Of a stretch of DNA of 35,507 bases, positions 16,739 through 28,512 are shown piece after piece. Position 1 is the first letter of the stretch. Every line of letters starts with the position of its first letter. The DNA lies in NCBI GenBank assembly GCA_029265225.1, contig JAJUJR010000001.1, positions 1-35,507 of the forward strand, read 5' to 3'. The notes beneath the pieces are model-generated. The model made no database searches, was not told where the DNA came from, and saw nothing but the letters and a program-made list of their open reading frames with translations. The position numbers and the translations under genes were made by a program. This stretch comes from Sedimentibacter sp. (GTDB lineage Bacteria > Bacillota > Clostridia > Tissierellales > Sedimentibacteraceae).

Positions 16739-18707
16739 GATGAATAAAATAAGCACCATAGGCTTAAGCAGTGCAAAATCTTCATTGATAAAAGAACTCA
16801 TGGATTTGGGAGTGGTCGAGATAAGTGCCCAGGATTCAAAATTGACCGACCCGGAATGGATCTCATATGTTAAAAAAGACGGAAATGAAGTTGAAGTGCT
16901 GGACTGTGATGCGAAAATATCTAAAATAAGCGAAGTACTAAACAGCCTTGAAAAGTATGACAAAAGCAAAAAGCCTATGTTTTCTACAAGAAAGGCTATA
17001 TCATCAAAAGATTTTGAAAGTGCCCTTAATGATTTAGACAAGACAGAGGAAAACGTAGCAAAAGTTCTTGAAATGAACAAGAACTACAATGAGTTAAGTT
17101 CTGAGGAAAATAAAATTGAGACAGCCATACTCAGTTTAAAACCTTGGGCAAGTTACGAGATTCCTTTGGAATTTACCGAAACAAGGTATACAAGCATCTT
17201 TACCGGCGTGGTACCAAACATTGTCGATGTTGAAAAGCTGAAGTCTGATCTGGAAAATAAAACAGACAGATGCATTGCAAAGCTTGTGGGAAGCGATAAG
17301 GACCAGCATTACTTGTCAATTATCTGCCTCATAAAGGAAAAAGACGATGTTTATGATGTTTTGAAGCAATATGGTTTCAACACAGTGGCCTTCAAGGATT
17401 TGAAAGGTACTGCAGCTGAAAATATTGTGCAGTATGAAAAAAGATTAAAAGAAATTTCTGAGAGTAAATCAGAAGTTGAAAAAAATATTACCTTCTTCGT
17501 TCCACATAAGGAAGAAATTCAGTTGCTTTATGATTATCTGGTAATTGAAAGAGACAAAAATAAGATTCTCGGCAACATGCTGAAAACAGATTCCACTTTC
17601 TTTATAGAAGGTTGGGTACCCAAATCTTGCAAAGAGCAGGTTGAGAATGTGCTGAACAAACATCAGTGCTGGTTTGAAATATCAGAGCCTGAAGAAGGAG
17701 AACAAACTCCTATAGCTATGGAAAACAATTCTTTCACACAGCCTTTTGAAGCAATCACAGAGCTTTACAGTCTGCCTTCATCAAGTAACATAGATCCGAC
17801 ACCATACATGGCTCCGTTCTATTGCTTATTTTTTGGGCTGATGCTTGCAGATGTAGGTTATGGACTGATAATGACTGCGGCAACTTACATGGTTCTGAAG
17901 AAATTCAAGCTGGAAGGATCAATTCAAAAGCTTATGAAAGTGTTCTTCTACTGTGGAATATCAACTGCCTTCTGGGGAGTGATGTTTGGAAGCTGGTTCG
18001 GTGATGCCGTGCCTGCAGCAGCAAAGTTGTTGTTCAATTCTGATTTTACTGTGAAGCCTGTTTGGCTGAACCCGATGGAAGAGCCGATGACACTTTTGAT
18101 AGTATCATTTGTTTTCGGAATAATCCACCTGTTCACCGGTATGGCAGTGAAAGCATACATGCTCATAAGAGACGGAAATCCATTGGATGCCTTGTTTGAC
18201 ATAGGCTTCTGGTATGGACTTATCATAGGATTGATTCTTCTCTTATTCGGCAATTCAATAATTCCAGGTTCCGGACAGATAGGCAAATGGATGTCCATAA
18301 TATTTGCTTTGGGACTTGTTCTTACACAGGGAAGAGCAAAAAAGAATGTTGTGGGTAAGCTCATAAGCGGTGTACTAAGCCTGTACAACATAACAAGCTA
18401 CTTAAGCGATGTTCTTTCATATTCAAGACTTTTGGCCTTAGGATTGGCCACAGGAGTTGTATCTTCCGTTATGAGCATATTAGGCTCTATGGGAGGAAGA
18501 AACATTTTCGGCATACTGTTGTTTGTGGTGGTTATGATCATAGGACACACATTCAATTTTGCAATAAATGCTCTGGGAGCTTTCGTACATGCTGCAAGGC
18601 TGCAGTATGTTGAATTCTTCGGTAAATTTTATGAAGGCGGCGGAGAGCCATTCAAGCCGTTTATGAAAAAAACTAAATATAACAGAATAATCAAGGAGGA
18701 AATTTAA
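16725..18707 (+). CDS. ntpI: A/V-type ATPase subunit I (a)
   Basis: MAIVKM, EGWVP, DPTP..APF...FFG.M.AD.GYG, DVLSYSRLLALGLA, H..RLQYVEFFGKFY.GGG. Confidence 0.96.
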   Translation: MAIVKMNKISTIGLSSAKSSLIKELMDLGVVEISAQDSKLTDPEWISYVKKDGNEVEVLDCDAKISKISEVLNSLEKYDKSKKPMFSTRKAISSKDFESALNDLDKTEENVAKVLEMNKNYNELSSEENKIETAILSLKPWASYEIPLEFTETRYTSIFTGVVPNIVDVEKLKSDLENKTDRCIAKLVGSDKDQHYLSIICLIKEKDDVYDVLKQYGFNTVAFKDLKGTAAENIVQYEKRLKEISESKSEVEKNITFFVPHKEEIQLLYDYLVIERDKNKILGNMLKTDSTFFIEGWVPKSCKEQVENVLNKHQCWFEISEPEEGEQTPIAMENNSFTQPFEAITELYSLPSSSNIDPTPYMAPFYCLFFGLMLADVGYGLIMTAATYMVLKKFKLEGSIQKLMKVFFYCGISTAFWGVMFGSWFGDAVPAAAKLLFNSDFTVKPVWLNPMEEPMTLLIVSFVFGIIHLFTGMAVKAYMLIRDGNPLDALFDIGFWYGLIIGLILLLFGNSIIPGSGQIGKWMSIIFALGLVLTQGRAKKNVVGKLISGVLSLYNITSYLSDVLSYSRLLALGLATGVVSSVMSILGSMGGRNIFGILLFVVVMIIGHTFNFAINALGAFVHAARLQYVEFFGKFYEGGGEPFKPFMKKTKYNRIIKEEI

Positions 18708-19190
<483 letters not shown>

Positions 19191-19225
19191 TAAAAGTTTT
19201 AAAATTCAAATAAGGATGTGAAAAG

Positions 19226-19807
19226 ATGAGCATTGAAAATATAACAACGAATATTTTAAGCGATGCAAGAAACATTGCTGAGATTTCCATAGCAAATGCT
19301 GAGAAAACTAAGCAAGATATCATAGACAAAGCTAAAATCGAAGCTGAAGCAATTAAAAAGGCAGCTGCAGAAAAGGCTGAAAAGGAAGCTGAAGGACTAA
19401 AAAGCAGAAAAGTATCTGCTGCAGAGCTTCAAGGAAGAAAGATGATGCTTTCTGCAAAGCAGGAAGTCATTAAAAAAAGCTTCAATTCAGCTCTTGAAAA
19501 GCTTAAAACAATGCCAGAAGACGAGTATTTGAGTTTCCTTACAGATGAAATTGTAAAGATTCCTAACTGCAGGGGAACAATCATATTGAATGAGCGTGAC
19601 AAGAACAAAATCGGCGAAAAATTAGTAAAGGCAGTCAATGAAAAATTAAAAGCAGAAAAGATTGCATTAAGCGATAAAACAATTGAGTCAGGCGGAGGAT
19701 TTGTGCTTAACAACGGATCAATTGAAATCAACAGCACCTTTGAAACCATATTGGACTCCATGAGGGATGAACTTACAAACGAAGTTGCAAATGCGCTTTT
19801 TAAATAA
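19226..19807 (+). CDS. ntpE: A/V-type ATPase subunit E
   Basis: N-terminal coiled coil, L.AKQ, GGF.L..G.IE.N.TF; operon position. Confidence 0.92.
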   Translation: MSIENITTNILSDARNIAEISIANAEKTKQDIIDKAKIEAEAIKKAAAEKAEKEAEGLKSRKVSAAELQGRKMMLSAKQEVIKKSFNSALEKLKTMPEDEYLSFLTDEIVKIPNCRGTIILNERDKNKIGEKLVKAVNEKLKAEKIALSDKTIESGGGFVLNNGSIEINSTFETILDSMRDELTNEVANALFK

Positions 19808-19828
19808 TTTTCCTGCCTGAAAGGAGGA

Positions 19829-20842
19829 ATGGCTTTGGCAAAGATTAAAGATACAGATTATTTGTTTTCTACTGCAAGGGTTCGAAGCGTTGAAAAAAAC
19901 ATGCTTACCCGGGAAAGAGCAGAAAAGATGATTGATGCAAAAACAAATGAAGATGCTTTAAGGGTGCTGGATGACCTGAATTACGGCAATTCCGGCGAAA
20001 TGGTCGAACCTAACGACTATGAAAAGCTCTTGGCGGTAGAGCATAAAAAGACATACGACTTCATAACTTCTGTTGCTCCCGAGCTGGATTTCTTCAACAT
20101 GTTTTTATACCCATACGATTATCACAATTTAAAGGTAATCATGAAGGCAGAATATTTAGGCATAGATGCTTCCGAGAATCTTGTTGATACCGGGTCCATA
20201 GACTTGAAGGTTTTGAAATATTCCGTTAAGGAAAGAGATTTTTCGGGCCTGACAGAAAATATGGGCAAGGCGTTAAAGGAAATAATCGAAACATTTCCTA
20301 AAACAAACGATCCTCAGGTAATAGATTTTGTCCTGGACAAATATTGTTACGATGAAATGCTCACTTCAGCAGAAAACACAAACAGTAATTTTATAATTGA
20401 TTATGTCAAGTTGCAGATAGATGCAATCAATTTGAAAACATATGTGAGACTTAAAAGAATGAACAAGTCATGGGACTTTTTTACCAAGGTTTTCTTAACC
20501 GGCGGAAAAATTCATGAACAGGTATTCATAAAAAACTACGATGAGCCTTTTGAAAAGTTTGCAGAGCAGCTTTCAGCTTACGGCTTCAAGGAATTGTTCC
20601 TTGAAGGCACGGAATCCCTTGTAAGCACAGGAATGTTTACAAAGCTTGAAAAACTACTGGACAATAAAATCATCGAGCATGTGAAGAATGCTAAATATGT
20701 TCCTTTCGGAATTGAGCCTCTTGCAGGCTACCTAATAGCAAAGGACAACGAGATAAAAATTGCAAGGATTATAATGGCAGGCAAACTTGCAGGCATCTCG
20801 ACGGAACTTATCAGAGAGAGGTTGAGAGAGACTTATGTATAA
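19829..20842 (+). CDS. ntpC: A/V-type ATPase subunit C
   Basis: ARVR..E..ML, YDYHNLK, FG.EPL.GYL.AK..EIK..RII, IRERLR..YV. Confidence 0.93.
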   Translation: MALAKIKDTDYLFSTARVRSVEKNMLTRERAEKMIDAKTNEDALRVLDDLNYGNSGEMVEPNDYEKLLAVEHKKTYDFITSVAPELDFFNMFLYPYDYHNLKVIMKAEYLGIDASENLVDTGSIDLKVLKYSVKERDFSGLTENMGKALKEIIETFPKTNDPQVIDFVLDKYCYDEMLTSAENTNSNFIIDYVKLQIDAINLKTYVRLKRMNKSWDFFTKVFLTGGKIHEQVFIKNYDEPFEKFAEQLSAYGFKELFLEGTESLVSTGMFTKLEKLLDNKIIEHVKNAKYVPFGIEPLAGYLIAKDNEIKIARIIMAGKLAGISTELIRERLRETYV

Positions 20843-21155
20843 GATAGGTGTTATAGGAGATAAACAAAGCATCTTGGGTTTTAAGGCAGTTGGACTGGAT
20901 GTTTTCGACTGCGTAACGAAGGATGACGCAAGACGCACTCTTCGTGAGATAGCAAAAGAAGATTATGCCATTATATACATCACGGAAAGTTTCTATGCTG
21001 AAATCAAGGATGCTGTTTACGAATACAATGAAAAACGCCTGCCGGCAATAATACCGATTCCTGGAATGCAGGGAAGTCAGGGAATAGGAATTCAGAATAT
21101 CAAAAAGGCAGTAGAAAAAGCAGTTGGTGCCGACATATTGTTCAACAATGACTAA
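20835..21155 (+). CDS. ntpG: A/V-type ATPase subunit F (NtpG in enterococcal naming)
   Basis: MYKIGVIGD..SILGFKA.G, PAIIPIP, VEKAVGADIL. Confidence 0.93.
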   Translation: MYKIGVIGDKQSILGFKAVGLDVFDCVTKDDARRTLREIAKEDYAIIYITESFYAEIKDAVYEYNEKRLPAIIPIPGMQGSQGIGIQNIKKAVEKAVGADILFNND

Positions 21156-21195
21156 TTAACTTATGTATATAAAATGAAAGCAGGTGATTTATTTA

Positions 21196-22968
21196 ATGAG
21201 CCAAGGTAGAGTAGTAAAAATATCCGGTCCGCTGGTCATTGCAGAAGGAATGAAAGAAGCAGACATGTTCGACGTTGTGCGTGTAAGCGAACAGGGATTG
21301 ATTGGTGAAATTATAGAGATGCGCGGCGACAAAGCATCCATACAGGTATATGAAGAAACAGCAGGATTAGCTCCAGGAGCTCCTGTAGTAACAACAGGTG
21401 CGCAGTTGTCAGTTGAACTGGGACCTGGCCTTATTGAAACAATTTATGACGGAATTCAGCGTCCTCTGGAAGAAATCAGAAAAATCGCAGGACCTAACAT
21501 AGCAAGAGGAGTCCAGGTTCCTTCTCTTAACAGGGAAAAGAAATGGGAATTTGTTCCTGTAGCTAAAGCCGGTGACAAAGTTCAGGCCGGAGACATAATA
21601 GGAACTGTTCAAGAAACAATTGTTGTTCAGCAGAAAATAATGGTTCCTTATGGAATCAGCGGAACAATTGAAGAAATAAAATCAGGAAGCTTCACTGTTG
21701 AAGAAACAGTATGCGTTGTTAAAAAAGACAACGGCGAAAAAGTAAATCTTACAATGATGCAGAAATGGCCTGTTAGAAAGGGTCGTCCATACAAGGAAAA
21801 ACTTGTTCCGGAAAGACCGTTGGTTACAGGACAAAGAGTTATAGACACGATGTTCCCTATATCAAAGGGAGGGGTTGCAGCTGTTCCTGGACCTTTCGGA
21901 AGCGGAAAGACTGTTGTACAGCATCAGCTGGCTAAGTGGGCTGATGCGGAAATAGTTGTTTATATAGGATGCGGCGAACGTGGAAACGAGATGACAGACG
22001 TTCTTATGGAGTTCCCTGAACTGAAGGACCCAAGAACAGGCGAATCTCTTATGAAACGTACCGTTCTTATAGCAAATACATCAGATATGCCTGTTGCTGC
22101 CCGTGAAGCAAGCATCTACACAGGAATTACAATTGCAGAATACTTCAGAGACATGGGCTATTCAGTTGCATTGATGGCTGACTCAACATCCCGTTGGGCG
22201 GAAGCTCTTCGTGAAATGTCAGGTCGTCTTGAAGAAATGCCTGGTGAAGAAGGATATCCGGCATACCTGGCATCACGTCTTGCTCAGTTCTATGAAAGAG
22301 CAGGAAGAGTTATAAGCCTTGGTTCAGAAGGAAGAGAAGGAACGCTGTCTGCCATAGGTGCCGTATCACCTCCAGGAGGAGATATTTCAGAACCTGTTTC
22401 ACAGGCAACTCTTCGTATAGTAAAAGTATTCTGGGCTCTTGATGCTCAGCTTGCTTACAAGCGTCACTTCCCGGCAATCAACTGGCTTAACAGTTACTCC
22501 TTGTATGTTGACAGACTTAACAAATGGTTTGATGAAAATGTGGCAAGAAACTGGTCAGAGCTTCGTGCAGAAACAATGAAGCTTTTGCAGGAAGAAGCAG
22601 AATTGAACGAAATAGTTCAGCTGGTCGGTGTTGATTCACTTTCAGTTGACGACAGATTAAAACTTGAAGCTACTCGTTCCATAAGAGAAGACTATTTGCA
22701 TCAGAATGCTTTCCATGAAGTTGACACATATACGTCACTTGAAAAACAATATAAGCTTTTGACATTGATTTTGAAATATTACGAAGACGGCCTGGCAGCA
22801 CTTAAGGACGGAGCAGATTTTAAAGCATTGTCAGACCTTCCTGTAAGAGAAAGAATAGGAAGATTTAAATATACAGAAGAAAAAGATATAGCAGGAGTTT
22901 ATGAAGACATCAGAAAACAAATTGAAACTGAAATGTCGGCTCTTGTAGCAAGCAGGGAGGTTGAGTAG
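21196..22968 (+). CDS. ntpA: A/V-type ATPase catalytic subunit A
   Basis: P-loop [36 protein letters not shown]; no intein. Confidence 0.98.
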   Translation: MSQGRVVKISGPLVIAEGMKEADMFDVVRVSEQGLIGEIIEMRGDKASIQVYEETAGLAPGAPVVTTGAQLSVELGPGLIETIYDGIQRPLEEIRKIAGPNIARGVQVPSLNREKKWEFVPVAKAGDKVQAGDIIGTVQETIVVQQKIMVPYGISGTIEEIKSGSFTVEETVCVVKKDNGEKVNLTMMQKWPVRKGRPYKEKLVPERPLVTGQRVIDTMFPISKGGVAAVPGPFGSGKTVVQHQLAKWADAEIVVYIGCGERGNEMTDVLMEFPELKDPRTGESLMKRTVLIANTSDMPVAAREASIYTGITIAEYFRDMGYSVALMADSTSRWAEALREMSGRLEEMPGEEGYPAYLASRLAQFYERAGRVISLGSEGREGTLSAIGAVSPPGGDISEPVSQATLRIVKVFWALDAQLAYKRHFPAINWLNSYSLYVDRLNKWFDENVARNWSELRAETMKLLQEEAELNEIVQLVGVDSLSVDDRLKLEATRSIREDYLHQNAFHEVDTYTSLEKQYKLLTLILKYYEDGLAALKDGADFKALSDLPVRERIGRFKYTEEKDIAGVYEDIRKQIETEMSALVASREVE

Positions 22969-22969
22969 G

Positions 22970-24346
22970 ATGATTAGAGAATATAAGACTATATCTGAGG
23001 TTGCAGGTCCTCTGATGCTTGTTAAAAATGTTGAAAATGTTGCGTTTGATGAATTGGGAGTAATTGAACTTCCAAACGGAGAAACAAGAAGCTGCAGAGT
23101 TCTCGAGATCAACGGAAGCAACGCTTTGGTACAGCTGTTTGAAAGCTCTGCGGGAATAAACCTGGCAGAAAGCAAAGTTAAATTTCTGGGAAGAGGAATG
23201 GAACTTGCCGTGTCTTACGACATGCTTGGCCGTGTATTTGACGGTCTTGGAAGACCTATAGACAACGGCCCTGAAATAATACCGGAAAAGAGAATGGATA
23301 TAAGCGGTCTGCCTATGAACCCGTCAGCACGTGACTATCCTGATGAGTTTATACAAACCGGAGTATCTGCAATAGACGGTCTTAACACACTTGTTAGAGG
23401 CCAGAAGCTGCCTATATTCTCAGGCTCAGGTCTGCCTCACGCTGACCTTGCGGCACAAATTGCACGTCAGTCAAGAGTTCTCGGAACTGAATCAAACTTT
23501 GCCGTTGTATTTGCAGCAATAGGTATAACTTATGAAGAAGCAGACTTCTTCATTACAGACTTCAGAAAAACAGGTGCAATAGACAGAACAGTATTGTTCA
23601 TGAACCTTGCAGATGACCCTGCCATCGAACGTATTTCAACTCCTCGTATGGCACTGACTGCTGCTGAGTTCCTGGCATTTGAAAAAGGAATGCACGTTCT
23701 GGTAATCCTTACAGACATAACAAACTACGCAGAAGCTCTCCGTGAAGTTTCAGCAGCCCGCAAGGAAGTTCCGGGAAGACGTGGATATCCAGGTTATCTT
23801 TATACTGACTTGGCTTCACTTTATGAAAGGGCAGGAAGAAAAAGAGATATAGATGGATCTATCACCATGATTCCTATCCTAACAATGCCTGAAGATGACA
23901 AAACTCACCCAATTCCTGACCTTACAGGATACATTACAGAAGGACAGATAATTCTTTCCCGTGAATTGTACAGAAAGAATATCAAGCCTCCTATAGACGT
24001 TCTCCCTTCACTGTCACGTTTGAAAGACAAAGGTATAGGCAAAGGAAAAACAAGAGAAGACCACTCTGACGTGCTGAACCAGCTTTTTGCAGCTTATGCA
24101 AGAGGTAAGGAAGCCAAAGAACTCATGGCAATACTTGGTGAGGCTGCTCTTTCCGACACAGATAAATTCTATGCAAAATTTGCAGATGAATTTGAAAAGA
24201 AATATGTGTCACAGGGATATGAAACAAACAGATCAATAGAAGAAACATTGGAAATAGGATGGAATCTTTTGACACTTCTTCCTAAGAGTGAATTGAAACG
24301 TATAAGAGACGCGTATATCGAAAAATACTATCCAAAAAATGAATAA
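22970..24346 (+). CDS. ntpB: A/V-type ATPase subunit B
   Basis: [45 protein letters not shown]. Confidence 0.98.
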   Translation: MIREYKTISEVAGPLMLVKNVENVAFDELGVIELPNGETRSCRVLEINGSNALVQLFESSAGINLAESKVKFLGRGMELAVSYDMLGRVFDGLGRPIDNGPEIIPEKRMDISGLPMNPSARDYPDEFIQTGVSAIDGLNTLVRGQKLPIFSGSGLPHADLAAQIARQSRVLGTESNFAVVFAAIGITYEEADFFITDFRKTGAIDRTVLFMNLADDPAIERISTPRMALTAAEFLAFEKGMHVLVILTDITNYAEALREVSAARKEVPGRRGYPGYLYTDLASLYERAGRKRDIDGSITMIPILTMPEDDKTHPIPDLTGYITEGQIILSRELYRKNIKPPIDVLPSLSRLKDKGIGKGKTREDHSDVLNQLFAAYARGKEAKELMAILGEAALSDTDKFYAKFADEFEKKYVSQGYETNRSIEETLEIGWNLLTLLPKSELKRIRDAYIEKYYPKNE

Positions 24347-24361
24347 TGAGGGGGGAAACGC

Positions 24362-25057
24362 ATGGCAAGGTTAAATGTAAATCCGACCAGAATGGTGTTA
24401 ACCTCTTTGAAAAAGCGTCTTAAAGTGGCTGTTAAGGGTCACAAGATGCTGAAAGATAAACGTGATGAGCTTATGAAACAATTTTTGGAGCTTGCAAGAG
24501 AAAACAAAAGGTTAAGAGAGCAAGTAGAAGCGCAGATCGGAAGCATCTATTCCAATTTCGTAATAGCCAGCGCCGTCATGTCTTCAGAAGTATTGAATGA
24601 AGCGTTGATGTATCCGAAGCAGGGAGTTTCCATAGAAGTAGGCAGAAAAAATGTAATGAGTGTTGATGTGCCTGTTTTTGACTTTACAACAACAACAGAT
24701 GACACAGCTAACATTTATCCTTACGGTTTTGCCAACACCTCGGCAGAATTAGACAACGCCATTGAAAATTTGTCGGGAATATTTCCTGAAATGCTTCGTC
24801 TGGCTGCTGTAGAAAAAGAAGTTCAACTTCTTGCAGCTGAAATAGAAAAAACAAGAAGAAGAGTTAATGCTCTTGAATATGTTATGATTCCTCAGTTCCA
24901 GGAAACAATCAAGTACATTCAGATGAAACTTGATGAAAATGAAAGAGGAAATCAGACAAGACTCATGAAAGTCAAGGACTTGATGGTCAAGGCAGCCATA
25001 GAAGAAAAACAGGAAAATACCAAGGCTGCACTAGATGAATACAGTTCACAATATTAA
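24362..25057 (+). CDS. ntpD: A/V-type ATPase subunit D
   Basis: [34 protein letters not shown]. Confidence 0.97.
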   Translation: MARLNVNPTRMVLTSLKKRLKVAVKGHKMLKDKRDELMKQFLELARENKRLREQVEAQIGSIYSNFVIASAVMSSEVLNEALMYPKQGVSIEVGRKNVMSVDVPVFDFTTTTDDTANIYPYGFANTSAELDNAIENLSGIFPEMLRLAAVEKEVQLLAAEIEKTRRRVNALEYVMIPQFQETIKYIQMKLDENERGNQTRLMKVKDLMVKAAIEEKQENTKAALDEYSSQY

Positions 25058-25065
25058 ATGAAATG

Positions 25066-25098
25066 TGGTGCCGCAAATGCGGTACCATTTTTATTTTT
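25066..25098 (+). terminator. Rho-independent terminator of the ATPase operon
   Basis: TGGTGCCGCA-AA-TGCGGTACCA followed by T runs. Confidence 0.8.
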
Positions 25099-25100
25099 CC

Positions 25101-25141
25101 TTGACAATCCGAGTCTTTACATATATACTTTGAGTATCAAA
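25101..25141 (+). promoter_or_regulatory. SigmaA promoter with overlapping FabT-like operator
   Basis: TTGACA-17 nt-TATACT, then palindrome TTTGA-GTA-TCAAA (25129-25141). Confidence 0.75.
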
Positions 25142-25171
25142 TAACTAGATATTTAAAACAATGGAGAATAT

Positions 25172-26215
25172 ATGGAATTAAAAGAATTGAAAATAGGAAA
25201 TTTGACAGCAAGAATCCCCATAGTGCAGGGAGGAATGGGAATAGGCGTTTCGCTTTCCAACCTTGCATCTGCAGTTGCAAACCAGGGAGGCATAGGAACA
25301 ATATCTGGCGTTCAGATAGGATTCAGGGAGCCTGATTTTGAAACAAATCCTGTGGAAGCAAATTTAAGGGCAATTGCTACGGAAATTAAAAAAGCAAGAG
25401 AAAAAACAAAAGGAATCATAGCCATGAATTTCATGGCAGCCATGAACAACTACGAACTTTATGTAAAAAAAGCTGTTGAGGAAAAAATAGATCTAATAGT
25501 TTCAGGAGCAGGTCTTCCAACTGCTCTGCCAAAGCTTGTAAAGGATTCTGCAACAAAAATCGCACCCATAGTTTCTTCTGCAAAGGCTGCAAAAATAATC
25601 ATAAGAAGCTGGCTGAAGCATGACCGTCTTCCTGATGCTGTTGTTGTGGAAGGACCGCTGGCAGGAGGCCACCTTGGCTTCAAGATGGATGAAATGATCG
25701 AAGGAACTTACAAGTCCCTTAAGGAAATTGTAATCGAAGTCAAAGAACTCATTTCTTCATATGAAGAACAATACGGAGTTAAAATACCGGTCATAGCAGC
25801 AGGCGGACTGAGAAACAAGGAAGATATCATGGAGCTTGCTCATGCAGGAGCAGACGGTTTTCAGCTTGCAAGCATTTTTGTTCCCACGGTTGAATGTGAT
25901 GCTCATGAAAATTTCAAGAATGCATATATTAATGCAAAAAAAGAAGATGTAATGATAATCAAGAGTCCTGTTGGAATGCCTGCAAGGGCAATAAGAACTC
26001 ACTTCCTTACAGATTCCATGGAAAACGGATGTATAGTGAACAAGTGTTACGGCTGCATATCCGAATGTAATCCAAGGGAAATTCCCTACTGCATATCACG
26101 AGGTCTCATTGATGCGGTAAACGGCAAGGATGGACTGATTTTTTCAGGAGCAAATCTTGAAAGCATAGATAAAATGACAACAGTTAAAGAAGTAATAGAC
26201 AAGCTGATAAATTAA
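25172..26215 (+). CDS. fabX: Nitronate monooxygenase-family flavoprotein, FabX-like acyl-ACP dehydrogenase/isomerase with C-terminal 4Fe-4S motif
   Basis: LKIG...PIVQGGMG.G.S, GAGLP, PIVSSAKA, EGPLAGGHLGF, IKSPVG.PARAI, C-x2-C-x3-C-x7-C (CYGCISECNPREIPYC), F.GAN, matching Helicobacter FabX as I recall it. Confidence 0.7.
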   Translation: MELKELKIGNLTARIPIVQGGMGIGVSLSNLASAVANQGGIGTISGVQIGFREPDFETNPVEANLRAIATEIKKAREKTKGIIAMNFMAAMNNYELYVKKAVEEKIDLIVSGAGLPTALPKLVKDSATKIAPIVSSAKAAKIIIRSWLKHDRLPDAVVVEGPLAGGHLGFKMDEMIEGTYKSLKEIVIEVKELISSYEEQYGVKIPVIAAGGLRNKEDIMELAHAGADGFQLASIFVPTVECDAHENFKNAYINAKKEDVMIIKSPVGMPARAIRTHFLTDSMENGCIVNKCYGCISECNPREIPYCISRGLIDAVNGKDGLIFSGANLESIDKMTTVKEVIDKLIN

Positions 26216-26233
26216 TTATCAATCCTATGAATC

Positions 26234-26266
26234 AAAAAAAGACAGATCGCCCATCTGTCTTTTTTT
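26234..26266 (+). terminator. Rho-independent terminator
   Basis: AAAAAAAGACAGAT-CGCCC-ATCTGTCTTTTTTT. Confidence 0.88.
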
Positions 26267-26292
26267 CTGTTCAACAACGAACTTTATTCCCC

Positions 26293-26321
26293 TTGACAAC
26301 ATTTAAAAATACATCTATACT
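26293..26321 (+). promoter_or_regulatory. SigmaA promoter of putP
   Basis: TTGACA-17 nt-TATACT. Confidence 0.7.
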
Positions 26322-26412
26322 TTTATTTATTAGATTGTTAAAATTTACTGTATGATTAATAAAATGAAAAAGTGGTAATATAATTAAATAACTACTAAGA
26401 GGAGGTTGGTTT

Positions 26413-27975
26413 ATGAAAGGAGACACATTTCAAATTTTTGTCTCAATGATAATCTACATGGCTGTGGTAATCGGCATCGGATTGTATTTTGCAAAGAGGG
26501 CAAATGAAAGCAGCGAGAATTATTTTTTGGGCGGAAGATCACTGGGCCCTCTTGTTACAGCCATGAGTGCCGAAGCATCCGACATGAGTGGATGGCTTTT
26601 GATGGGTCTTCCAGGGGTTGCATACTGGTATGGCTTAAGCGATGCAGCATGGACAGCCATAGGTCTTGCGGCAGGAACATATCTGAACTGGCTTTTTGTT
26701 GCTAAGAGACTTCATAATTATTCAGTTGTTGCAGGAGACTCCATAACACTTCCGGATTTTTTCAGCAACCGCTTCAAGGAAAAAAACAAAATCATCATGA
26801 CTATTTCAGCAATATTTATTCTTGTATTTTTCACGGTTTATGCTTCAAGCTGTTTTGTAACTGTGGGTAAGCTTTTTAATTCTCTGTTTGGTTTCAAATA
26901 TCAGTACATGATGATTGCAGGGGCAGCATTTGTTTTGTTTTACACGTATGTGGGAGGCTTCCTGGCTGAGACGGCATCTGACACAATGCAGGCCTTCGTT
27001 ATGATTTTTGCGCTCATTACAATATTGGTTGTAGGTGTTTCAGCTGCTGGCGGATTGGCAGTTGTTGCAGCAAATGCAAAATCAATACCCGGCTTTTTCG
27101 AGTTTTTCGGCATTGCCTCACCAAAGGTAGTTGATGGAACACAAGAGATAATTAATGGTGTTCCTCAATTCAATGAGGCAGGTAAATACGGGTGGTACAC
27201 AATTTTGTCAACAATGGCATGGGGGCTTGGTTACTTCGGAATGCCCCAGGTTCTTCTCAGGTTCATGGCAATAAGAGATCCTAAGGAACTTACACAGTCA
27301 AGAAGAATTGCCACGGTATGGGTTATAATTTCTCTTGGAGCAGCTGTTGCTCTGGGAATAATAGGAAGGTCTTTGTTCCCTGCAGAACTCACTACCTACA
27401 GCGCTTCTGAAAGCATTTTTATAGTTCTTTCCTCAAGACTGCTTCCTGCTGTGCTTGCGGGCTTTGTAATGGCAGGAATACTGGCAGCTACAATAAGTTC
27501 ATCAGATTCATACCTTCTGATAGCCGCTTCTGCATTTTCAAAGAACATTTACCAGCACCTCATTAAAAAGGACGCAACAGACAAACAGGTTATGAACATG
27601 TCAAGGGTAATACTTGTGGCCATTTCTTTAATAGGAATAATCATTGCCCTGGATGAGAACAGCGTTATTTTTACAATTGTGTCCTTTGCATGGGCAGGAT
27701 TCGGAGCTACATTCGGACCAATAACAATATTTTCGCTTTTCTGGAAACGAACAACAAGGGAAGGTGCAATTGCAGGAATGTTGTCAGGCGGAACTGCGGT
27801 ATTTGTTTGGAAGCTTATTTTAAAACCAATGGGAGGATTCTTCGGAGTATATGAACTTCTTCCTGCATTTATAGTTTCATGCATTTTCATCTATGTTGTA
27901 TCCAGGATGACGGCTGAACCGTCGGCTGAGATACAGGACGAATTTGAACGTGTAAAGAAAATGGCTCAGGAATAA
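26413..27975 (+). CDS. putP: Sodium/proline symporter (SSS family)
   Basis: YFLGGRSLGP.VTAMSAEASDMSGWLLMGLPG, AWGLGYFGMPQ.L.RFM, FAWAGFGA.FGP, YELLPAF. Confidence 0.9.
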   Translation: MKGDTFQIFVSMIIYMAVVIGIGLYFAKRANESSENYFLGGRSLGPLVTAMSAEASDMSGWLLMGLPGVAYWYGLSDAAWTAIGLAAGTYLNWLFVAKRLHNYSVVAGDSITLPDFFSNRFKEKNKIIMTISAIFILVFFTVYASSCFVTVGKLFNSLFGFKYQYMMIAGAAFVLFYTYVGGFLAETASDTMQAFVMIFALITILVVGVSAAGGLAVVAANAKSIPGFFEFFGIASPKVVDGTQEIINGVPQFNEAGKYGWYTILSTMAWGLGYFGMPQVLLRFMAIRDPKELTQSRRIATVWVIISLGAAVALGIIGRSLFPAELTTYSASESIFIVLSSRLLPAVLAGFVMAGILAATISSSDSYLLIAASAFSKNIYQHLIKKDATDKQVMNMSRVILVAISLIGIIIALDENSVIFTIVSFAWAGFGATFGPITIFSLFWKRTTREGAIAGMLSGGTAVFVWKLILKPMGGFFGVYELLPAFIVSCIFIYVVSRMTAEPSAEIQDEFERVKKMAQE

Positions 27976-27977
27976 TA

Positions 27978-28005
27978 TAAAGGGACTGATAAATCAGTCC
28001 CTTTA
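27978..28005. terminator. Bidirectional terminator between convergent genes
   Basis: TAAAGGGACTGAT-AA-ATCAGTCCCTTTA. Confidence 0.85.
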
Positions 28006-28011
28006 GTATGA

Positions 28012-28266
28012 TTATTTTTCCAAGTCCTTGCAGGTGTCCATTATGTGATGGTACAAAGTCTCCATGTGGTGCGAATAATTTTTGTTTTCCAGCCTGCTCA
28101 CACAGTTTTCAATAACTTTTTTTTCCCTGTCTTCATCATATATGGGAAGGTTGTTTTCTTTTTTGTACTGGCCTATTTTAAGAACAACATTGAATCTTCT
28201 TTCAAGCAAACGGACCAATTCTTCGTCTATTGAGTTTATTTCTTTTCTGAATTCTTCCAAAATCAT
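28012..28266 (-). CDS. Stand-alone chorismate mutase (AroQ, type II)
   Basis: L..R..I..ID..LV.LL..R......IG.YK....LPI.D..RE. Confidence 0.9.
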   Translation of the reverse strand: MILEEFRKEINSIDEELVRLLERRFNVVLKIGQYKKENNLPIYDEDREKKVIENCVSRLENKNYSHHMETLYHHIMDTCKDLEK

Positions 28267-28453
28267 TATCCTTTCATACTGATATTTCTCTCACAACTTT
28301 TTAGTCATGTTAATTCTCATTAGAATGTTATTTATAAATAAAATCTATCATATTACAGCAGAAAGTCAATATTTTATTTACAATGGAGTGTTTTTAACCC
28401 ATCGCAGCGAATGCCGTAATTTGTCATATTTCCGCGCAAAACAATAAATTAAA

Positions 28454-28482
28454 TTGCAGACACTATGCTTTTGTGATATAAT
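28454..28482 (+). promoter_or_regulatory. SigmaA promoter of the SLH gene
   Basis: TTGCAG-17 nt-TATAAT with TGn extension. Confidence 0.6.
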
Positions 28483-28512
28483 TTACTTAAATATGGATGG
28501 CTAGGAGGTATT

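Noticed and set aside
21196-24346. Inteins in ATPase A or B
   Set aside because: Normal lengths and uninterrupted motifs.
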